DNA of 64,000 bases, from the NCBI GenBank assembly GCA_025358455.1, contig JANYJP010000017.1, positions 38,781-102,780 of the forward strand. The letters run 5' to 3'. The notes under the pieces are model-generated. The model did no database searches. It was not told the DNA's origin and saw only the letters and a program-made list of their open reading frames with translations. This stretch comes from Bacteroidales bacterium (GTDB lineage: Bacteria; Bacteroidota; Bacteroidia; Bacteroidales; VadinHA17). A program made the position numbers and the translations under genes. Shown here piece after piece: positions 54,264 to 63,701 of the stretch; within the stretch, counting starts at the first letter, position 1; every line of letters begins with the position of its first letter.

Positions 54264-54566
54264 TTACTTTTTCTTTTTGAACATTTCAAGCATTCTGTCT
54301 GTGACTACAAAACCACCGACAACATTTAAAGTGCCAAGCACTACTGCAAGAAACCCGAGTATCATTGAACCCGTCGTTACAGCATGGCCCAAAACTATGA
54401 TGGCACCAATTATAACCACCCCATGGATAGCATTTGCTCCCGACATCAAAGGTGTATGCAGTATTGCCGGTACATGGCTGATCATTTCAACACCAAGAAA
54501 TATTGACAGGATCACTATAAAAATAATCTCCCTGTGTATTAAAAAAAATCCTAAAATATTTCCCAT
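54264..54566 (-). CDS. pntA: NAD(P) transhydrogenase subunit alpha, membrane part 2
   Basis: 100-aa three-TM protein. 'LHTPLMSGANAIHGVVIIGA' and 'LGTLNVVGGFVVTDRML' are PntA2 signatures. Confidence 0.9.
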   Translation of the reverse strand: MGNILGFFLIHREIIFIVILSIFLGVEMISHVPAILHTPLMSGANAIHGVVIIGAIIVLGHAVTTGSMILGFLAVVLGTLNVVGGFVVTDRMLEMFKKKK

Positions 54567-54574
54567 AATGTTGC

Positions 54575-55705
54575 TTATTTGATATTTAGCATTTGTCTGA
54601 TTCTCTGACTAATATACTCTTTATTATGAACAGCTGCAGTTCCGTTAATTATTTCGTCGGTCATGTTTAAAACAAGGTTTCCATCTTTATCAACCATAAT
54701 TTTCAGAAAATTGATAACATTGCAGCCGAACATCTTGCTTGCATCAGTTGGCATATCGGATGGATAATCCGATTTACCAATTATATTGACTCCGTTTATA
54801 ACTATATTCTTTCCATTTTCCGTCAACTCACAATTTCCTCCAGATGAAGCAGCAAGGTCAATAATAACTGACCCCGGTTTCATATAACTAACCGTTTCTT
54901 TTAACAGAAGTATTGGTGCTTTTTTACCCGGGATCTGGGCTGTAGCAATTACAACATCAGACGCGATGGCCCGTTGCTGTATCAGGTCCTGTTGTTTTTT
55001 CTTAAACACATCGGTTTGTTCGACTGCATATCCCCCGGCAGCAACATCTTCCTTCGAACCCACGACTTCAATGAACTTGCCCCCCAGACTTTTAACTTCC
55101 TCTTTTACAGCAGCTCGTACATCGAATACTTCAACTATTGCTCCCAGTTTACGCGAAATAGCAATTGCCTGTAAACCTGCTACCCCAGCCCCCAGTATCA
55201 GAACTTTCGCGGGCTTAATTGTTCCGGCTGCCGACATAAACATTGGGAAAAACCGTGGCAACATAGAAGCAGCTTCCAGAACTGCTTTATAACCCGATAC
55301 TGTGGCCATGGATGAGAGAATATCCATAGACTGCGCCCGGGTTGTCCTTGGAACGAGGTCGAGTGCGAAAACTGTTAAATTCCTCATTCGTGCTTTTTCC
55401 AGCCAGGCTTTGTTTTCAACCGGATTAAGAACTGAACATAATACCTGTCCTTCTTTAAATGAGTTAATATCATCTGTGAGAGGAGGATTAATAGACAGCA
55501 ATAAAGCCGATTTAGAGATGATCTCTTTTCTGTCAGCTGTCACTGCACCTGCTGTTTGATAATCTTTATCAAAGGCAAAAGCCCTTTCTCCGACATTTTG
55601 TTCGACCAGTATTTCAATACCCATCTTTTTCAATACAGATACTTCGCCAGGAAGTAAAGCTACCCTGTTTTCATTTCCTGTTTCTTTGAGGATGCCTATA
55701 ATCAT
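54575..55705 (-). CDS. pntA: NAD(P) transhydrogenase subunit alpha, part 1 (NAD(H)-binding dI)
   Basis: 'MIIGILKETGNENRVALLPG', 'VLILGAGVAGLQAIAISRKLGA' (Rossmann fold) and 'VVIATAQIPGKKAP'. Confidence 0.95.
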   Translation of the reverse strand: MIIGILKETGNENRVALLPGEVSVLKKMGIEILVEQNVGERAFAFDKDYQTAGAVTADRKEIISKSALLLSINPPLTDDINSFKEGQVLCSVLNPVENKAWLEKARMRNLTVFALDLVPRTTRAQSMDILSSMATVSGYKAVLEAASMLPRFFPMFMSAAGTIKPAKVLILGAGVAGLQAIAISRKLGAIVEVFDVRAAVKEEVKSLGGKFIEVVGSKEDVAAGGYAVEQTDVFKKKQQDLIQQRAIASDVVIATAQIPGKKAPILLLKETVSYMKPGSVIIDLAASSGGNCELTENGKNIVINGVNIIGKSDYPSDMPTDASKMFGCNVINFLKIMVDKDGNLVLNMTDEIINGTAAVHNKEYISQRIRQMLNIK

Positions 55706-55813
55706 ACGTCTGGAAGTTGAAATTAGGAGTGCCTACAGTTTAAATCTCTAATCGGTTACTAATATAATAAACAATAACTTATTATTTCAAAGGCGAGATA
55801 AACTTATTCAAAG

Positions 55814-58006
55814 TTACTGCAGCCCTTGTACTAAACCACTCTTTCCAAAGAAACTCTTCAACCAGAAGTTGTTTGCTTCCTTTCTTGAATGTATAGCTTT
55901 TGCCCCACCCCAACCGTGACGACCACCAGGGTAAAGCATAAATTCAAAGTCTTTGCCTTCATCCTCCATTTTGGAAATCAGATAAATTGAATTCTGCATA
56001 TGAACATTATCATCCATATCTCCATGTGTCAGATACAATTTCCCTTTGTAGTTTTTAACAAATGTGAGGGTCGATCCTTGCTTATATCCATCAGGATTAT
56101 CCTGAGGTGTATCCATAAAACGCTCTGTATAAATGTCATCATAAAGACGAAAATCAGTAACCGATGAACCTGCAAATCCATGTGTCCAGTAACCTGCCCC
56201 TTTTGTCAGAGCAAGGCATGTCATATATCCGCCGTACGAACTTCCGGTAATTCCTATTTTAGTGGAATCCACCCAGGATTTTGTACGTAAAAATTTAACA
56301 GCGTCTTCATAATCAAGAAGTTCCCACTTACCGAGACAACGGTAAATATAGTCAAGGCCTTTCTTTCCAAACTGACCAGAACCACGATGATCAACTGTAA
56401 ATGTGATGATCCCGTTCTGGGAATTCCATGAAGGATTATTCCCCTGCCATCTGTTAGAAACATTTCTTGAATCAGGACCTCCGTAGATTGCAAAAATAAC
56501 CGGGTATTCTTTTGAAGGATCAAAATTTAATGGGTATGTAATTACGGCCGGCATATTGAACAGTCCATCGGAAGTCATGATCTTTAAGAGCTCTGACTTC
56601 GAGTTCATTGCCGCATCATAAACCGGTTGATCAAATTTATAGATTTCTTTCAAAAGTTTTCCGCCTTTATTATATGCCACAATAGAACCGGTGTTTGTAA
56701 TACTGTTCCATGTATCAACAAGGTAGGTTCCTTTGGGTGAAATACTTACATTATGAGTTCCATCACCTTTGGTTATCTGTAAAAGGTTTTTACCATCAAG
56801 TCCTACTCTGAAGGCATGGCTGTCAGTCGATTCTGCCCCATTGGCAGTAAAATATACAACTTTAAGTTCTTCATCGACATTGTCAATGCCGGTAACCCTG
56901 AAATTGAAATTTGTAAGTTGTGAAATCAGTTTCCCGTCCCATCCAAAATAATAAAGATTATCCCAGTCACTTTTGTAGCTTCTTACAATAAAGCCTGAAC
57001 CGTTTTTCATAACATAAATATCTTCGTAGAAATCAACCCATGACTTCCTGATTTCACTGTAGATCTGGGTAAAATCCCCGGTTGCGGGATCAGCGAGAAT
57101 AATTTTAAGATCGTTCTGGTCACGATTTAAAACCTGAATAGCAAGCTTTTTGCTATCCGGTGTCCAGAAAGGCCAGGCAATATATTGGTCTACAATATAA
57201 TCTGTTTTTACCCAAACAGTATTGGCTGAGATTATATCGGCAATACCCATCTTAACTTTTGGATTCGGATCTCCCGGTTTAGGATAAGGAGTAGCCTCAA
57301 TGAGACCATGAATACCATCAGGTTCATCGAGTCTGTTAAGCGTGAACACAGGAACGGGTGAGTCATCAGTTCTGAGATAAGCTATCTTATTCCCATCGGG
57401 CGACCACCAGAAAGCTGCATAATGGCTGGGCCGGCCAAGGATTTCTTCCATATAAACCCATGAAGAATAACCGTTGTAGATCTTGTCTGTAGCATCAGAG
57501 GTAATCCTGATCTCTTTGTTTGACTCAATGTCAAACACATAAAGATCCTTATTTTTTGTATAGGCAACCTTCTTACCATCAGGTGAAAAGCGGGCATTCA
57601 CTTCAGGCATATTATCATTGGTAAGTCTTTTGAGCTCTTTATCACCAATCGTAAAATAAAACAGGTCATTATCTTTAACGATCACAGCACTTTTCATATC
57701 AGGACTCATAGCATCTGTCATCGCCATTGATGTTCCCTTAGGAAGTGACTGTGTCAGCAAATCCCGTCCCGATAATACCTGAGGAACGAAGACACCTTTT
57801 CCTGTTTTTATATCAACTCTCTGAATGAGAGGATTTTTATCTGAATCGAATGTTCTGATCAGGTAATGCGTATCATCTGTCCAGCCCATTATGGCAACCT
57901 GGTTTCCACCGCCTCTCTGAGGCATCTGAGCAATAACCTGCCTTTTTTGTATTGTTAGCGACAACAAAAGAATAATAGCAAAATGAAGAAATCTGAGTCT
58001 TCTCAT
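55814..58006 (-). CDS. Dipeptidyl-peptidase IV-type S9 serine peptidase
   Basis: Signal peptide from 'MRRLRFLHFAIILLLSL' (start at 58006; the ORF-track N-extension is unlikely). DPP-IV N-terminal propeller region. Catalytic 'GITGSSYGGYM', 'HGDMDDNVH' and 'GGRHGW'. Confidence 0.85.
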   Translation of the reverse strand: MRRLRFLHFAIILLLSLTIQKRQVIAQMPQRGGGNQVAIMGWTDDTHYLIRTFDSDKNPLIQRVDIKTGKGVFVPQVLSGRDLLTQSLPKGTSMAMTDAMSPDMKSAVIVKDNDLFYFTIGDKELKRLTNDNMPEVNARFSPDGKKVAYTKNKDLYVFDIESNKEIRITSDATDKIYNGYSSWVYMEEILGRPSHYAAFWWSPDGNKIAYLRTDDSPVPVFTLNRLDEPDGIHGLIEATPYPKPGDPNPKVKMGIADIISANTVWVKTDYIVDQYIAWPFWTPDSKKLAIQVLNRDQNDLKIILADPATGDFTQIYSEIRKSWVDFYEDIYVMKNGSGFIVRSYKSDWDNLYYFGWDGKLISQLTNFNFRVTGIDNVDEELKVVYFTANGAESTDSHAFRVGLDGKNLLQITKGDGTHNVSISPKGTYLVDTWNSITNTGSIVAYNKGGKLLKEIYKFDQPVYDAAMNSKSELLKIMTSDGLFNMPAVITYPLNFDPSKEYPVIFAIYGGPDSRNVSNRWQGNNPSWNSQNGIITFTVDHRGSGQFGKKGLDYIYRCLGKWELLDYEDAVKFLRTKSWVDSTKIGITGSSYGGYMTCLALTKGAGYWTHGFAGSSVTDFRLYDDIYTERFMDTPQDNPDGYKQGSTLTFVKNYKGKLYLTHGDMDDNVHMQNSIYLISKMEDEGKDFEFMLYPGGRHGWGGAKAIHSRKEANNFWLKSFFGKSGLVQGLQ

Positions 58007-58140
58007 AGTAACATATTTAAATTGTGAATAGTCTTTTACAGAAAAACAAAAATAAGAATTTTTAAATTGAATCCACCCCGGTATGCTTAACAACACAAAC
58101 CCTTATGTTAGATAAACATTTAGTACTTTTACATGAATAA

Positions 58141-59451
58141 ATGGAGGGTAAAGGGATCAATACAAAATCAATTCAGGAGAAAGGCTGGCTAAAGCTTGAT
58201 AATGCTGCAAAACTCTATCCTGCCATCATGTCAGGGGAGTTGACTGCTGTTTTCAGAATTACTGCGTCACTTAAAGAACCTGTTAAGTTTTCGGCGATTA
58301 AAGAAGCTGTTGAAGTAACTTCCGCACGTTTTCCTTATTTCAGTGTTTCACTGGGCAGCGGATTATTCTGGCATTACCTGGAATACAACCATAGACTTCC
58401 GCGAATTCAGACTGAAGAAGCGATACCCTGCACCGCATTTGCAGCCGGGAGAAAAGATGAACCACTTTACCGTATATTGATTAAGGAGAACAGAATATCT
58501 GTCGAATTCATACATATACTTACTGATGGCGGTGGTGCATTTGAATACCTTAAATCGCTTTTATATACTTATTTCAAACTAACAGGCAAAACAATAAACT
58601 CTTCCGAGGGAATTATCTTACCTGAGAGCCCGATTGCTGAGGGTGAAATGGAAGACGGATTCATAAGGTTTTTCAGGAAGAAAATTCCACCTCCCGGCAA
58701 GCAGTCAAAGGCGTGGCATCTCAATTTTAAACTGAATAGCAAACCAAGATTGAAAATCATTGTTGCGGAAATAACTCTCGATCAGCTTGTTGAAGTAGCG
58801 AAAAAACTGGGAGTTTCCGTCACGGAATATGTTGTATCGGTTTACCTGTTTTCACTTCAGAAGCTTTATCTTGAAGAAAAAGAAAAAGTAAAGAAGCAGA
58901 AAAGAGGTGTCCTGCGGATTGAAGTACCGATGAATCTGAGAAAGAAGTTTCCAAGTATTACAATGCGTAACTTTTCTTTATTTATCCTGCCTGAGATTGA
59001 TCTCAGGCTCGGAATTTATACTTTTGAAGAGATTCTGAAGAATGTACAACATCAGATTCAGTCAGGCGCAGAAGTAAAACAAATATCGAGGTTACTTTCA
59101 CAGAATGTGGGACATGAAAAAAGTCTTTTCATCAGGATACTACCGCTTTTCATCAAATCAATTGCTATCTCGGCAGTATACAGAAAAATGGGATCAATTC
59201 AGTGCTCAGGAATAATGACCAATCTGGGTGCTGCCAGATTTCCGGAGGATATGGAGAAGAACATCGATTCTATTGACCTTGTGCCAACACCTCCCAATAA
59301 ATATGTAAAGATCTGTTGCGGAATGGTTACATTCAAGAATAAGTTAAGGCTTACTTTTTGTAATATTTCCCGTTCGACAGAGCTGGAAAAACTTTTCCTG
59401 AATCATTTAACTGAATCAGGTATTCATGTTAAAGTTTTTAATAACAAGTAA
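58141..59451 (+). CDS. Condensation/alcohol-acetyltransferase-like acyltransferase (HxxxDG superfamily)
   Basis: 436 aa. 'WLKLDNAAKLYPAI' N-terminal motif and 'EFIHILTDGGGAFEYL' (HxxxDG catalytic motif). Confidence 0.6.
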   Translation: MEGKGINTKSIQEKGWLKLDNAAKLYPAIMSGELTAVFRITASLKEPVKFSAIKEAVEVTSARFPYFSVSLGSGLFWHYLEYNHRLPRIQTEEAIPCTAFAAGRKDEPLYRILIKENRISVEFIHILTDGGGAFEYLKSLLYTYFKLTGKTINSSEGIILPESPIAEGEMEDGFIRFFRKKIPPPGKQSKAWHLNFKLNSKPRLKIIVAEITLDQLVEVAKKLGVSVTEYVVSVYLFSLQKLYLEEKEKVKKQKRGVLRIEVPMNLRKKFPSITMRNFSLFILPEIDLRLGIYTFEEILKNVQHQIQSGAEVKQISRLLSQNVGHEKSLFIRILPLFIKSIAISAVYRKMGSIQCSGIMTNLGAARFPEDMEKNIDSIDLVPTPPNKYVKICCGMVTFKNKLRLTFCNISRSTELEKLFLNHLTESGIHVKVFNNK

Positions 59452-59462
59452 ATATTTCTGAT

Positions 59463-60167
59463 ATGAATATTTGTACCCATTGCGGAGTAGAGCTTGATAA
59501 AGATATTATCACATGTCCATTGTGCGGAATTACAAATGTTGATGGCAAGCCCATTCCGGAAAGAGAAAAGTCAACTCATTACCCCTCCGATATTTTACTT
59601 ATGTACAGAGAGGAGGCAAGAAAGCACCTCTGGGAATTGACCGGCATAATAGCATTCTCAGGAATAGCAGTGTGTACAATAGTTGACCTTGTAATTGGTA
59701 AAAAACTCTCATGGTCACTTTATGCATCCACCTCAATATTAGCGGCATGGATCTGTTTATCACTTATACTTATCGCTTTTAAAAAGTATTTCATTGTAAT
59801 TCCGGGACTTCTAATAACCATATTAACAATGCTATTTTTATTTGACCTTTTTTCACCACCGGTTAACTGGTTTTATGCAATCGGACTTCCTGTAACAATT
59901 GCTCTTTTCATCTCAGTAAGTATTGTAACGATATTATGGAAAGTTGCTCATTTTAAAGGTTTTAACATATTAGCTATAGCATTTATTGTCTTATCAGGCT
60001 TTTGTATAATCTCAGAGGTTTTCATAGATAAATACCTTTTTAAAACTGTCGAATTGAGATGGTCGCTAATTGTGGCTGTTTCAATTTTCCCGATAGCGCT
60101 GGTATTGCTCTTTATTCATTACAGAATGAAAAAGGGAAAGCACCTCGATTCATATTTCCATTTGTAG
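59463..60167 (+). CDS. Zinc-ribbon plus polytopic membrane protein of unknown function
   Basis: 'CTHCGVELDKDIITCPLCG' (CxxC-N12-CxxC) followed by 5-6 TM helices. It starts 11 nt after the acyltransferase gene. Confidence 0.55.
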   Translation: MNICTHCGVELDKDIITCPLCGITNVDGKPIPEREKSTHYPSDILLMYREEARKHLWELTGIIAFSGIAVCTIVDLVIGKKLSWSLYASTSILAAWICLSLILIAFKKYFIVIPGLLITILTMLFLFDLFSPPVNWFYAIGLPVTIALFISVSIVTILWKVAHFKGFNILAIAFIVLSGFCIISEVFIDKYLFKTVELRWSLIVAVSIFPIALVLLFIHYRMKKGKHLDSYFHL

Positions 60168-60207
60168 GAATATCAGAATATTGTCTTATAACAAGTAATT
60201 ACTATCT

Positions 60208-62736
60208 ATGAAACGTACCCTCACGGCAGTTTTGGTTTCAGTTCTTATGATCCCATTCTTACAAGCACAAACTATTAAATCACCAGATGAATTTCTTGGA
60301 TATGAACTGGGGACACAGTTTACTTATCATCATAAAGCCGTTGAGTACTTTAAATATATAGCCAGCGTTTCCCGTATGGCTGAATACCGCGAATACGGCA
60401 GTACCTATGAAGGCCGTCCGCTTGGAGTTTGCTTTGTTTCAACGGAAGAAAATCTGGCTAAACTTGAAGCATACAGAAAAAACAATCTGATAAAAACAGG
60501 TCTGATAAAAGGCGAATTCACCGGTAAACAACTCCCTTTTATCTGGTTTAGCTATAATATTCATGGAAATGAGGCTGCGGGTATGGAAGCCGCGATGAAG
60601 ACACTTTATACACTTGTTACAGGTTCATACCCAGGTGTTTCTGATTATCTCAAGGACCTTATTATAGTTATCGATCCGTGTCAGAATCCTGACGGACATG
60701 AACTCTATACCAACCGTTACAGGAATTCTATGAATTCGGTTATTAACCCTGATAAAAATGCTTATGAACATAATCAGGGCTGGCCTGGTGCCAGATCAAA
60801 CCACTATATGTTCGATCTAAATCGCGACTGGACATGGGAAACACAGGCAGAAACACAGCAACGCCTGAGTCTGTATATTCAATTTATGCCTCAGGTTCAT
60901 GCCGATTTTCATGAAATGAGTCCAGAATCCACCTTCTTTTTTGCGCCGGGAGCCGATCCCTGGAATGAAGTAATCACGCCATGGCAACATGAGTTTCACA
61001 AATTAATGGGAACCGGCAATTCTGAACTTTTCAATCATAAGTTCAGACTTTATTTTACTAAAGAGAATTTTGACCTCTTCTATCCAAGTTATGGTGACAC
61101 ATGGCCTTTGTTTAACGGAGCTATGGGATTTACTTATGAACAGGGTGGCGGTGGTGTTTCAGGACTGGCATATAAACAGGATTCAGGCGATACACTAACA
61201 TTGAAAGACCGGATAGACGGCCATTTCACAGGTTCAATGGCTACCATAAAAGTTTCATATGAAAACAGGGAAAAACTACTTTCTGAGTTTAATAAATACT
61301 TTGATGAGAGTGCGAAAAGTCCTACTTTCAAATATAAATCTGTGATAATAAAAGGTTCAAATGAAAAATCGAATATAGAAAATCTGCTTCAGCTTTTTAG
61401 AAGAAATCAGATCAAATACAGTCTTGCCGGAAACATCGGAAGAAAATTCATAGGATTTGATTATTCCTCGAATAAAGGTGGTGAGGTAACTATTGAAAAA
61501 GGAGATATCCTGGTAAGTGCATACCAGCCTCAATCGCATTTTATGCAGGTATTATTTGAACCGAACACCAAAACCACCGACTCAATAAGTTATGATCTTA
61601 CTGCATGGGCTCTACCTTATGTATATAACCTAAAAGCATATGCGCTTGTTGAAAGAGTTTCAGCTGATTCAGGAAAAGTAGAACAGAATAAAATCATAAA
61701 CCTCCCCGGGAAAAAGGATACATACGCGTACATAGCAAATTACTGCGGCTTTGATGAGTTGAAATATATTGCGGGGCTCTATAACAAAAAAATAAAACTC
61801 AGATATTCATTAAAGCCTTTTACCTTGAATGGGAACAGCTTCAACAGGGGAAGTATAATAATAGCAAGGGGCGATAATAAACATATTGATGGTGACTTTG
61901 ATAATATTGTTACAGAAGTTGCAAATAATTGTCAGGTAAAATTGATAGCCACTTCAACAGGACTTGTGGATAGCGGAAAGGATTTTGGTTCGGGAAATTC
62001 CCCACTTATGAAAAGAAAATCAGTTGCCATGTTATGCGGGGAAAACACTTCGTCATCAGCGGTTGGAGAATTATGGTATTTTTTTGAAAGAGAACTCAAT
62101 TATCCGGTAACACTTCTGAATACTGATAATGCCGAATCACTGAATCTTAAAGATTATGAAATCCTGATCCTTACATCAGGGTCATATTCAAAGCTTAAGG
62201 ATACTATCGTGGATTATGTAAAAAGGGGTGGACGGGTAATAGCGTTTGAAAATGCTCTTTCTCTTTTTGCAGGGATAAAAACAACTGCCCTGGCTAAAGC
62301 TATGGAGACAAGAACCGCAGAACTGAAAGCTATTGAGAAGAAGGTGAAAAGCGATGATACTACCCTTCTTAAAAAATATGAATATGAAAATGAAAGACGA
62401 TATACTATGTCCGAACGTTCTGCCGGAGGTATTTACAGGGTTAAGCTAGATGATACAAATCCTTATGCATTCGGACTTGGGAAACAGTGGTTTATAATGA
62501 AACGTTCTGCAGCCTACCCTTTCCTTGCAACCGGAAGCAATATTGGCTATATACTTGACAAAGAGCCTGTATCAGGTTTTGCAGGGTTTAAATACAAGGC
62601 AAAAATTAAAAATACCCTCGTTCTGGGAACCGAGAAGATTGGGTCAGGGGAGGTTATTTATATTACAGACAATCCGTACTTCAGAGGATTCTGGAAGAGT
62701 GGCAGGGTACTGCTCGGTAATGTGATACTAAGATAG
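60208..62736 (+). CDS. M14-family zinc carboxypeptidase with a large C-terminal extension
   Basis: Signal peptide. 'NIHGNEAAGMEA' (HxxE zinc site), 'NPDGHE' and 'FHEM'. 842 aa. Confidence 0.8.
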   Translation: MKRTLTAVLVSVLMIPFLQAQTIKSPDEFLGYELGTQFTYHHKAVEYFKYIASVSRMAEYREYGSTYEGRPLGVCFVSTEENLAKLEAYRKNNLIKTGLIKGEFTGKQLPFIWFSYNIHGNEAAGMEAAMKTLYTLVTGSYPGVSDYLKDLIIVIDPCQNPDGHELYTNRYRNSMNSVINPDKNAYEHNQGWPGARSNHYMFDLNRDWTWETQAETQQRLSLYIQFMPQVHADFHEMSPESTFFFAPGADPWNEVITPWQHEFHKLMGTGNSELFNHKFRLYFTKENFDLFYPSYGDTWPLFNGAMGFTYEQGGGGVSGLAYKQDSGDTLTLKDRIDGHFTGSMATIKVSYENREKLLSEFNKYFDESAKSPTFKYKSVIIKGSNEKSNIENLLQLFRRNQIKYSLAGNIGRKFIGFDYSSNKGGEVTIEKGDILVSAYQPQSHFMQVLFEPNTKTTDSISYDLTAWALPYVYNLKAYALVERVSADSGKVEQNKIINLPGKKDTYAYIANYCGFDELKYIAGLYNKKIKLRYSLKPFTLNGNSFNRGSIIIARGDNKHIDGDFDNIVTEVANNCQVKLIATSTGLVDSGKDFGSGNSPLMKRKSVAMLCGENTSSSAVGELWYFFERELNYPVTLLNTDNAESLNLKDYEILILTSGSYSKLKDTIVDYVKRGGRVIAFENALSLFAGIKTTALAKAMETRTAELKAIEKKVKSDDTTLLKKYEYENERRYTMSERSAGGIYRVKLDDTNPYAFGLGKQWFIMKRSAAYPFLATGSNIGYILDKEPVSGFAGFKYKAKIKNTLVLGTEKIGSGEVIYITDNPYFRGFWKSGRVLLGNVILR

Positions 62737-62928
62737 GCGTATGGCGTGAGGCTTCATGCTGATATAAAAAGCCAATAATTCTTATTTAGAATTATTATAA
62801 AGTTCTGTTATTCTATTAACAATGTTATTATTTTCACACCAATTGATTATCTTTGCGAAATAAATAGTAAAACAGAGCTGAAAATATGTTTATTAAGCTC
62901 TATTAACTAGTCAATTACACTTAAATAA

Positions 62929-63273
62929 ATGACAATCAAAGAGATAACAGACAGAATAGATGGGAAAGTGATTTGTTGTGAAGAGAAGCTGGCTAACTCG
63001 GTAGAATATGCTTTCGCATCTGATTTAATGAGTGATGTGCTTACGATCGAAAAAGAGAACATGGTACTGATTACAGGGTTGGCAAACCTTCAGACCATCA
63101 GAACATCTGAAATGTCTGATATCTCCTGCATAATTTTCGCCAGAGACAAGAAGATTGGAGAGGAAATGGTAACTCTGGCCAGAGAAAACAATATGATACT
63201 TGTTGAGAGTCCTCATTCGGTATTTCATATTTCAGGAGAATTGTACAAAGCAGGGCTTAAATCAATTTACTAA
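62929..63273 (+). CDS. DRTGG-domain protein
   Basis: 114 aa. 'ASDLMSDVLT....VLITGLANLQTIRT' resembles DRTGG domains found in hydrogenase-regulatory clusters. Confidence 0.55.
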   Translation: MTIKEITDRIDGKVICCEEKLANSVEYAFASDLMSDVLTIEKENMVLITGLANLQTIRTSEMSDISCIIFARDKKIGEEMVTLARENNMILVESPHSVFHISGELYKAGLKSIY

Positions 63274-63275
63274 CC

Positions 63276-63701
63276 ATGCAGTTCAGGCATAAAATAGCCG
63301 GAGGTGATTTTGCAAAAGCCGGGAATGTCGCCAGTTCATTAAAAAAGGTTCTCCGACAACTGAACATTGACCATACAGTATCGAAAAGGATTGTTATTGC
63401 GCTTTATGAAGGAGAAGTAAATGTTGTAGCCCACGCCTATTCAGGAGTTATAGAAGTGGAAATTGATGAAGAAAAGGTTAAAATAAACATAACGGATAAA
63501 GGTCCGGGAATTATTGATATTGAGAAAGCGATGAAGGAGGGTTATTCAACGGCAACATCCCAGGTAAGAGAGATGGGATTTGGAGCAGGCATGGGATTGT
63601 CGAATATGAAGAAGAACAGCGATCTGATGAAGATATCAAGTGTTCCGGGAGAAGGTACAATAGTAGAACTATTAAATTACATAAGACCCGATGCAAGATA
63701 A
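63276..63701 (+). CDS. HATPase_c-type anti-sigma-factor-like Ser kinase / ATP-binding protein
   Basis: 141 aa. 'ALYEGEVNVVAHA', 'DKGPGI' and 'GFGAGMGLSNMKK' are Bergerat-fold N, G1 and G2 boxes. It starts 2 nt after the previous gene. Confidence 0.65.
   Translation: MQFRHKIAGGDFAKAGNVASSLKKVLRQLNIDHTVSKRIVIALYEGEVNVVAHAYSGVIEVEIDEEKVKINITDKGPGIIDIEKAMKEGYSTATSQVREMGFGAGMGLSNMKKNSDLMKISSVPGEGTIVELLNYIRPDAR

Noticed and set aside
53131-54582. Plus-strand ORFs (84, 163 and 119 aa) antisense to pntB and pntA2
   Set aside because: The minus-strand genes carry unmistakable transhydrogenase motifs. The antisense products are hydrophobic mirror artefacts of membrane-protein codons.
58023-58087. TGTGAATAG... 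in the DPP-IV / acyltransferase divergent spacer
   Set aside because: Only the first 8 nt match. The offsets for the second hexamer and the -7 box do not fit.
58007-58096. 30-codon N-terminal extension of the DPP-IV ORF in the track, and likewise the TTG extension 39616-39639 of cbpA and the TTG at 8100 of paralog 1
   Set aside because: In each case an internal ATG gives a canonical N-terminus: a signal peptide MRRLRFLHF..., a J domain starting at DYYKVLGL, or MKLYIKNMVC matching the paralogs. The extensions add no recognisable sequence.
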